A DNA stretch of 64,000 nucleotides from a virus: IMG/VR virus record IMGVR_UViG_3300021365_000003; one strand, written 5' to 3'. Below the pieces are notes generated by a model. That model ran no database searches. It worked only from the letters and a program-made list of their open reading frames with translations, and had not been told where the DNA came from. Positions 58,004-64,000 of the stretch are shown piece after piece; position 1 is the first letter of the stretch, and every line of letters begins with the position of its first letter. Both the position numbers and the translations under genes were made by a program.

Positions 58004-58627
58004 ATGCGTAAACAATTATTGAGAGAGTTTTATGAGCTTTGTGATGGTGGGGTCTGTCAAGACTTTCTAACAGAAGGCGAAAAGATTAGAATCAACGAAG
58101 GCGCCACTATTCTTACCGGTGTTTTACAAAAATACGGAGAAAAGAACGGCAATGGTCGTGTGTATCCGGAAAGAACACTACGAAGAGAAGTTGATAATTA
58201 TAAAAAAGTAGTGGCTGAAAGACGATCGGTTGGCGAACTTGACCATCCGGACGATTCAGTTGTTAATCTTAAGAACGTTTCACACCTAGTAACAGACATT
58301 TGGATGGACGGCAATAAGGTAATGGGTAAGTTAGAAGTTCTTCCAACGCCCTCCGGAGACATACTCAAGGGTTTGGTCAATGCCGGTGTTAAAATCGGCA
58401 TCTCATCAAGAGGTTTAGGCTCAGTTCGTGAATCACGTGAAGGAACAATGGTAAATGAAGATTTCCAGCTTATTTGTTTTGACGTAGTTCAGGAGCCATC
58501 AACATCAGGTGCTTTTGTTGGCCCCACAAGAACTTCTTATATGAACGAGGACCTTACAAGAACCGCTTTGGACAACACCAGAGAACAAATAATACTTTCG
58601 AAAATTTACGACCTAGTAGGACTATAA
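58004..58627 (+). CDS. Prohead core protease (T4 gp21-like)
   Basis: NGNGRVYP, GELDHP, VSHLV, TPSG, GISSRGLGS, DVVQEPST. Confidence 0.95.
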   Translation: MRKQLLREFYELCDGGVCQDFLTEGEKIRINEGATILTGVLQKYGEKNGNGRVYPERTLRREVDNYKKVVAERRSVGELDHPDDSVVNLKNVSHLVTDIWMDGNKVMGKLEVLPTPSGDILKGLVNAGVKIGISSRGLGSVRESREGTMVNEDFQLICFDVVQEPSTSGAFVGPTRTSYMNEDLTRTALDNTREQIILSKIYDLVGL

Positions 58628-59019
58628 TGAATAAAGATGAACTCGCAAAGATCTTGAAGCCTCTTATTAAAGAGTGTGTAAAAGAAGTGATTATGGAAGA
58701 GCCAGGAGTTCTTGCTCACATAATCAAAGAATCAGTCCAAGGCGTCTCTGTCTCGACTATAACTGAGAGCAGAGATGAAGAACCTATTCGTAAGTTTATG
58801 AAAAAAGCACAAAAAGCCAAGCCAAAGAAAAACATCAACGAAACCAGGAAACGACTCTTGGACTCAATTGGCGGCGCAGGCAACTTTGGCGGCGTGAACA
58901 TTTTTGAAGGAACGGAGCCGTTAGCAGCCGCACCTTCCTCGCAACAAGAAAAATTCGGTGCTCTAAGGGACTCAGATCCTAATGACTCCGGTGTAGATTT
59001 ATCAGCTTTCGGACTATAG
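58627..59019 (+). CDS. Hypothetical head-module protein
   Basis: MNKDELAKILKPLIKECVKEVIMEE N-terminus; TAATG overlap. Confidence 0.72.
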   Translation: MNKDELAKILKPLIKECVKEVIMEEPGVLAHIIKESVQGVSVSTITESRDEEPIRKFMKKAQKAKPKKNINETRKRLLDSIGGAGNFGGVNIFEGTEPLAAAPSSQQEKFGALRDSDPNDSGVDLSAFGL

Positions 59020-59026
59020 GAGACCA

Positions 59027-59353
59027 ATGAGAAAGTACAACAAGTCAAGTAAAGGAAATTTCGAAGAATACGATCGAAAACTTGACAAGAAAAGAAAGAA
59101 GTATGGAAAGAAAATCAATGCCCTAGACGGAATTGAGCCATACCAAGTGGAAGTAAGGAACGGAGATGTCATGAAGGCATACAGAGTCCTAGAAAGGATG
59201 CTAAAGAAAGATCGTGTCCTTGAGAACCACAGAGAAAGACAGTATTACAGAAAACCTTCGGAAATTCGCAGCGAAGAAAAGCGAAGAAAGAAGAGAAAAC
59301 AAGAAAAAGAAAAAGTAAGAAGGCAGCTTGAAGAAGCGCAAGATAATTCTTAA
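59027..59353 (+). CDS. rpsU: Ribosomal protein bS21 homolog with N-terminal extension
   Basis: VEVRNGDVMKAYRVLERMLKKDRVLENHRERQYYRKPSEIR matches the bS21 pattern. Confidence 0.82.
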   Translation: MRKYNKSSKGNFEEYDRKLDKKRKKYGKKINALDGIEPYQVEVRNGDVMKAYRVLERMLKKDRVLENHRERQYYRKPSEIRSEEKRRKKRKQEKEKVRRQLEEAQDNS

Positions 59354-59369
59354 CTTTAGGAGATAATTA

Positions 59370-59759
59370 ATGAGCGTTTTTCAATACAAAACAGGCCTAG
59401 GAAATTCTTCGGCATACCAAGTAAGTGCAATACCTTTTATTATAAGTCAGAATATAACAGCAGGGACTATAACTCAAATTACTTTTCCGCAAGTTACAAA
59501 ATTTATAAAAATTGTTAACAACCATGGCAGTAGAACTTTGGATGTAGGCTTTTCATCCTTGGGTATAAGCGCTAGTAGCAATTATTTTACAATTGCTGCA
59601 AACAGTGAATCTGTCATATATTATTGGAGAGTTTCAAGTGTCTTTATAAAGGCTAGCGGCGGCGCTACCTCTGTGCCCATAGAAATTCACGCTGGACTAA
59701 CAACAGTTTCAGATCTAGAACTAACCAATAACTGGTCTGGATCGGTAGGAGTAGGATAA
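59370..59759 (+). CDS. Small beta-rich protein, paralog 1
   Basis: MSVFQYKTGLGNSSAYQVS...NNWSGSVGVG. Confidence 0.78.
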   Translation: MSVFQYKTGLGNSSAYQVSAIPFIISQNITAGTITQITFPQVTKFIKIVNNHGSRTLDVGFSSLGISASSNYFTIAANSESVIYYWRVSSVFIKASGGATSVPIEIHAGLTTVSDLELTNNWSGSVGVG

Positions 59760-59760
59760 G

Positions 59761-60165
59761 ATGAGTGTTTTTCAGTATAGAAGTGGGTTAGGAAACTCTG
59801 CTTCTTATCAAGTAAGCTCAATACCTTACTTGTTAAAGGGCAACCAAATTACCAACAATACTATAGTTGAAATAGCTTTCCCAAATGTAACTAACTTTAT
59901 AGAAATTTTTACAGCGGCCGGTTCTGCAGATTTAAGAATAGGGTTTTCATCTCTAGGGATTAGAAAAAGCCCTTCCCCGGCCGGCACTAACTATATTCTA
60001 CATTCAGCTGGGACAAGTGAAATTTACGATTGGCGTGTAACATCTTTGTTCCTACAGAGAAACGGATCGTCTGGAACCGTGGATTATGAGATTCGTGCTG
60101 GCCTAACAACAATCGCCGGAAGCGATCTAAGCAACAACTGGTCAGGTTCTGCCGGCGTAGGATAA
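59761..60165 (+). CDS. Small beta-rich protein, paralog 2
   Basis: MSVFQYRSGLGNSASYQVS...NNWSGSAGVG. Confidence 0.78.
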   Translation: MSVFQYRSGLGNSASYQVSSIPYLLKGNQITNNTIVEIAFPNVTNFIEIFTAAGSADLRIGFSSLGIRKSPSPAGTNYILHSAGTSEIYDWRVTSLFLQRNGSSGTVDYEIRAGLTTIAGSDLSNNWSGSAGVG

Positions 60166-60216
60166 GGCTGATATAACCTAATTTTAGGAAAAACCAGTAT
60201 TTTTAAAAAAAGACGC

Positions 60217-60226
60217 ACTATTTATA
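60217..60226 (+). promoter_or_regulatory. ACTATTTATA motif, putative late promoter
   Basis: Intergenic, before TAAGGAG and ATG 60259. Confidence 0.7.
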
Positions 60227-60258
60227 AGTGGTATTATATTTTATTAAGGAGTTAGTTA

Positions 60259-61332
60259 ATGTCAATGCTTGAACAAGCCATCGTAGATGCAAAAGACCTT
60301 CGTGAGGTTGCAAAAGCAAACGCCGAAGCAGAGGTTCTTGAGAAATATTCATCACAAATCAAAGAAGCTGTCGACCGCCTTTTAGAGCAGGACGACGAAG
60401 AAGAAATGGAAGCAGGAGATCTTGGAGCCGAAGCGGAAGCTGAAGTTCTAGACCTTGATGGTGACGAAGAGACAAGCGAGATCGAAGACGATCTACCAAT
60501 GTCTTATGAAGCCAAGCCGGCCGACGAAAAAGAAGAAGCCGAGCAAATGATTGACGACGTTTCTGACTCAATCGAACAAGCCCAAAACGTTCTTGACCAA
60601 CTCGCCGTAAAAGTAGCGAAAATGGGCGAGGAAGATGGCGACGAAGAAATGGTCACAATCGACCTAGACAAACTTGAGGACTCCGGAGTAGAAATAGAAG
60701 ACGGTGTTGGCGAGCCAGATGCTATAGCCGAAGAGATCGACATTTCCGAAGACGATCTTCTTGGCCTCATGGAAAAACTTACCGTTGATACTTCAGCACA
60801 AAAAGGTGGCTGGGCAGGACGTCCCGACAAGCAAATATTCTTTGAGCAGGAGCTTGAGCTAGCCCGAATGCACTCAACTGATCTTGAAGAAGACAACGCC
60901 ACATTTAAGAAGGCTGTCTTGGAACTCACCGAGAACAAGAACAGTTTAGAAAAAGAAATAAAAGAAAAAAACAATGTAATAAAGAATACAGCAGTATTGG
61001 TTGAGAGCTTACAGAATAAGCTTTCAGAGTCTCATCTCGTAAACACAAAACTGTTTTATACAAACAAAGCCCTGATAGATAACTCCTTGAATGAGCGGCA
61101 AAAAAGTAAAATTGTCGAAACAATCAACCGGGCCGACACGACCGATAAGGTCAAAGCTGTGTTTGAAACTCTATGTGAAACGGTTTCGTCTGAACCTGCA
61201 AAGAATGCTGGCCCAGAAAACTTGACTGAAGCGCTAAAGGTTAGAACACTTGTGGCTCGCTCCGCAAAAAAACAAACAATAAGCGAGTCAAGCGACGTTC
61301 TTCGTATGAAGAGACTAGCAGGCATACTTTAA
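60259..61332 (+). CDS. Prohead scaffold/core protein (gp22-like role)
   Basis: Very acidic coiled-coil protein immediately before the capsid gene; many L/I-x-E sites. Confidence 0.72.
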   Translation: MSMLEQAIVDAKDLREVAKANAEAEVLEKYSSQIKEAVDRLLEQDDEEEMEAGDLGAEAEAEVLDLDGDEETSEIEDDLPMSYEAKPADEKEEAEQMIDDVSDSIEQAQNVLDQLAVKVAKMGEEDGDEEMVTIDLDKLEDSGVEIEDGVGEPDAIAEEIDISEDDLLGLMEKLTVDTSAQKGGWAGRPDKQIFFEQELELARMHSTDLEEDNATFKKAVLELTENKNSLEKEIKEKNNVIKNTAVLVESLQNKLSESHLVNTKLFYTNKALIDNSLNERQKSKIVETINRADTTDKVKAVFETLCETVSSEPAKNAGPENLTEALKVRTLVARSAKKQTISESSDVLRMKRLAGIL

Positions 61333-61353
61333 TAAAAAAGGAGAAATTTTAAA

Positions 61354-63141
61354 ATGTCAGTACTTAAGACACTCACAGAGGGCATCCAGCCCCGTGACCT
61401 TCACCAGGAGTCAAGCGCACTACTTAATAAGTGGGAGCGAACAGGACTACTCGAAGGTCTAAACACAGATGACAAGCGTCACCAGATGGCTCGTCTACTT
61501 GAAAATCAGGCCAAGGAGCTTCTTCGTGAATCATCCACAATGGCCGGCGCCGACGTTGAAGGCTTTGCAGCAGTTGCATTCCCTCTCGTTCGACGTGTAT
61601 TCGCATCACTTGTTGCTCAGGATCTAGTTTCTGTTCAGCCAATGTCACTTCCTTCAGGTCTAATCTTCTTCATGGATTTCACCTTCTCAGCCGAGGGCGG
61701 TATGAACGCCAATGGCGAGCGTCTAGGAAATGCTTCAGCTGACTCAATCTATGGCGGTGGCCGAGTTGCTTCACAGATCACAGGCGGCGTTGTCCTTACC
61801 GGAATCGATGCCGAGCGTGGCCCTTACGCACTCAACAACGGCTTCTCCTCACCGACCGGCACAGTCGTTTCAGCCGGGCTAACCACGCCCGTAGCATCAG
61901 GTACGGTTGGCGATGGCGGTTTTGCTGACTTCACAACTGCGACCGACGGTTTCAGTGGCACGGCAGGCTACGACCTAGCCAACCTACTTCAATTCGATGC
62001 CGACCTTGTATCAGGTTCAGCCTTCGTTGTTGCAACAGCTCCTATCTCTGGTCTTACCGGCGGCGAGTTTAACTTTGACGACTATGTTGCTATTACAATC
62101 ACAGGATCTGGCAAGTCTGATCCACTAGGATTAGGTGCAAACTCAGTTCAAGTTCGACGCCTTACTAGACAAGACCCTGTTAATAGCGCAAATGTTCTTC
62201 TTGTTGCTGCCTCACTAACTGCTTCTGATGCAACTGGTATTGGCCAGCTTAGAACTGCGCTCAACGCTGTAACACACGTTGACATTCCTCTAGCTGACAA
62301 CTTTGATAGTTCCGGCATTGGATCCGTTGTAGGCGCTGCCGAATGGGGACTTGAGAACAACGCTGATATCCCTGAAATCGACATCAAGGTCGATTCCGTA
62401 TCAGTCACCGCAGTCACCAAGAAGCTCAAGGCTAAGTGGACTCCGGAACTTGGTCAGGACCTCAATGCATACCACAACATGGACGCAGAGGTTGAGCTTA
62501 CTTCAATCCTTTCAGAGCAGGTTGCTCTTGAGATTGACCGTGAGATCCTTGAAGACCTTGTCAAGGGATCAACTGCTGGTACATTCTACTGGTCACGTCG
62601 ACCGGGTCGTTTCGTCGACCGTGAGACTGGTGCTGATATCGCCAACGGAACCCAGAACGAGTCACTTCTCGGAGCAGACTTCACTGGTAATGTTTCAGAG
62701 TGGTACGAGACTCTCATTGAGACAATCAATGATGTTTCCGCTCAGATCCACCGTAAGACACTTCGTGGCGGCGCCAACTTTGTTGTTGTCTCCCCCGAAA
62801 TGGCTAACCTTCTTGAGTTCACCGCCGGCTTCCGTGCTGCTGTAACTCACGATGATGACCGTGGTAGCATTGGCGCTGTTCGTGTTGGTTCACTTTCCAA
62901 GAAGTTTGACGTTTATGTCGACCCTTACTTCCTACGCAATGTCGTACTAGTTGGTCGCAAGGGCGCTTCCTTCCTTGAAAGTGGCTACGTGTACGCCCCG
63001 TACGTACCTCTCCAGGTGACTCCGACTATCTTCGGTGTCGAGGACTTCGTACCTCGTAAGGGTGTCATGACCCGATACGCCAAGAAGATGGTTCGTCCGG
63101 ACATGTACGGTCTAGTTATCTGCAAGGACTTCCTTGGATAA
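61354..63141 (+). CDS. Major capsid protein (T4 gp23-like)
   Basis: LLENQ, PLVRR, VQPMSLPSGLIF, KLKAKWTPELGQDLNAYH, EIDREI, YAPYVPL, GVMTRY. Confidence 0.97.
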   Translation: MSVLKTLTEGIQPRDLHQESSALLNKWERTGLLEGLNTDDKRHQMARLLENQAKELLRESSTMAGADVEGFAAVAFPLVRRVFASLVAQDLVSVQPMSLPSGLIFFMDFTFSAEGGMNANGERLGNASADSIYGGGRVASQITGGVVLTGIDAERGPYALNNGFSSPTGTVVSAGLTTPVASGTVGDGGFADFTTATDGFSGTAGYDLANLLQFDADLVSGSAFVVATAPISGLTGGEFNFDDYVAITITGSGKSDPLGLGANSVQVRRLTRQDPVNSANVLLVAASLTASDATGIGQLRTALNAVTHVDIPLADNFDSSGIGSVVGAAEWGLENNADIPEIDIKVDSVSVTAVTKKLKAKWTPELGQDLNAYHNMDAEVELTSILSEQVALEIDREILEDLVKGSTAGTFYWSRRPGRFVDRETGADIANGTQNESLLGADFTGNVSEWYETLIETINDVSAQIHRKTLRGGANFVVVSPEMANLLEFTAGFRAAVTHDDDRGSIGAVRVGSLSKKFDVYVDPYFLRNVVLVGRKGASFLESGYVYAPYVPLQVTPTIFGVEDFVPRKGVMTRYAKKMVRPDMYGLVICKDFLG

Positions 63142-63165
63142 GAACTAGTCTAAACTAGGATAAAA

Positions 63166-63200
63166 GAGGCCTCCGGTGGAAACACCGGGGGTTTTCTTTT
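63166..63200 (+). terminator. Rho-independent terminator after the capsid gene
   Basis: CCTCCGGTG-GAAA-CACCGGGGG stem-loop followed by TTTTCTTTT. Confidence 0.88.
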
Positions 63201-63207
63201 GCCAAGA

Positions 63208-63216
63208 ACTATTTAT
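63208..63216 (+). promoter_or_regulatory. ACTATTTAT motif, putative late promoter
   Basis: Just downstream of the terminator, before TAAGGAG and ATG 63246. Confidence 0.72.
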
Positions 63217-63245
63217 GATAGAGCACTTATAAGGAGAATACACGA

Positions 63246-64000
63246 ATGTCTTTGCCTGTCCTAACACCCACTTCTCAAACATCAGCAATAATACTTCCGC
63301 AGACCGGGACAGCAACTGATGTAACCGTAACTTTACCATACGGCATTTATTCGGCATCAGACTCCTTTCTAACAGGCGCCTCAGACCAAGTTGCCTATAC
63401 ATACAAAATGCTTGGCGGCGACGTTTTGGATATTGAACTTACAGCCGGCAACGTTTATGCGGCTTATGAAGATGCTTGTATAGAATACTCTTATCTAGTC
63501 AATCTACATCAAAGCAAAAACTCTCTTTCTGATCTACTAGGATCCTCAACCGGCTCTTTTGACTCGGACGGCACAATAATAGGTGGCGACGCTTCCGGAT
63601 CAGCAGCTGCTATAAAGTATACTCGCTTTTCATTTGAGTACTCACGAAGAGTTGGTGATGCTGTCGGCACAGAAGTTCGTGTTGGCGGCTTGACTAACAT
63701 TTACTCAGCCTCGATCGATGTTGAGGTCAATAAACAAGATTATGATCTAGAAACCATCCTAAGAGCAGATCCGGTCCATTCATCAAGAGTAGGAACAGAT
63801 AGTAGAATTTTAGTTAGAAAAGTTTTTTATAAGACTCCACAAGCAATGTGGCGTTTTTATGGCTATTATGGCGGCCTAAACGCCGTTGGCAATTTGTCTA
63901 GTTATGGTCAGTTTGCCGATGACTCAACTTTCGAAGTTATTCCAACCTGGCAGAATAAAGCCCAGGCAATGGCTTTTGAGGACGCTATTTATACAAGAAC
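63246..64000 (+). CDS. Neck/head-completion protein (gp13-like), truncated by window edge
   Basis: Not in the ORF track; MSLPVLTPTSQ...YKMLGGDVLDIELTAGNVYAAYEDACIEYS is open to the window end; follows the capsid gene. Confidence 0.7.
   Translation, partial: MSLPVLTPTSQTSAIILPQTGTATDVTVTLPYGIYSASDSFLTGASDQVAYTYKMLGGDVLDIELTAGNVYAAYEDACIEYSYLVNLHQSKNSLSDLLGSSTGSFDSDGTIIGGDASGSAAAIKYTRFSFEYSRRVGDAVGTEVRVGGLTNIYSASIDVEVNKQDYDLETILRADPVHSSRVGTDSRILVRKVFYKTPQAMWRFYGYYGGLNAVGNLSSYGQFADDSTFEVIPTWQNKAQAMAFEDAIYTR

Noticed and set aside
1787-63700. Minus-strand ORFs and short nested plus-strand ORFs in the track
   Set aside because: They shadow well-supported + strand genes or the terminator region and show no recognisable motifs
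63983-63992. GCTATTTATA as another late motif
   Set aside because: It lacks the leading A, encodes Ala-Ile-Tyr within a gene, and downstream context is outside the window
1-64000. Genome-wide stop-codon reassignment
   Set aside because: TAA, TAG and TGA all end genes at sensible junctions, and core genes are full length in the standard code
1-64000. tRNA, rRNA, CRISPR array, integrase or transposase
   Set aside because: Intergenic gaps are short, and I saw no cloverleaf, repeat-spacer array or such protein motifs

Overview
This window is a 64-kb segment of a large tailed dsDNA phage with T4-superfamily head, baseplate and packaging genes, probably a jumbo-type myovirus. All credible genes are on the + strand, tightly packed, and read in the standard code. 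1-11.3 kb: a nucleotide-sugar and glycosylation cluster (WbqC, radical SAM/SPASM, putative glycosyltransferases, sugar C-methyltransferase, three SDR sugar enzymes, split heptose kinase and adenylyltransferase, HAD, cupin, cytidylyltransferase). 11.3-12.5 kb: small genes and a gp55-like late sigma factor. 12.5-43.9 kb: baseplate/tail module (OB-fold plus lytic transglycosylase protein, gp25, gp6, 3009-aa LamG protein, large orphans). 43.9-48.5 kb: RuvC, primase and a fused SbcD-SbcC (Mre11-Rad50) behind a sigma70-type promoter. 48.5-52.5 kb: holin-like and spanin-like genes and probable head-internal proteins including a nucleotidyltransferase and a NUDIX hydrolase. 52.5-64 kb: terminase, portal, prohead protease, ribosomal protein bS21, scaffold, major capsid protein and a neck protein. 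The main unannotated signals are: a recurrent [S/T]-[G/A/S]-S tripeptide in virion proteins (candidate glycosylation sequon for the sugar cluster); an ACTATTTAT motif upstream of late genes; two micro-ORFs missing from the ORF track, one ending in UGA plus a hairpin just before the protease; shared N-terminal tags; and an excess of GCCGGC. All assignments come from motif recognition by eye; no searches were run.
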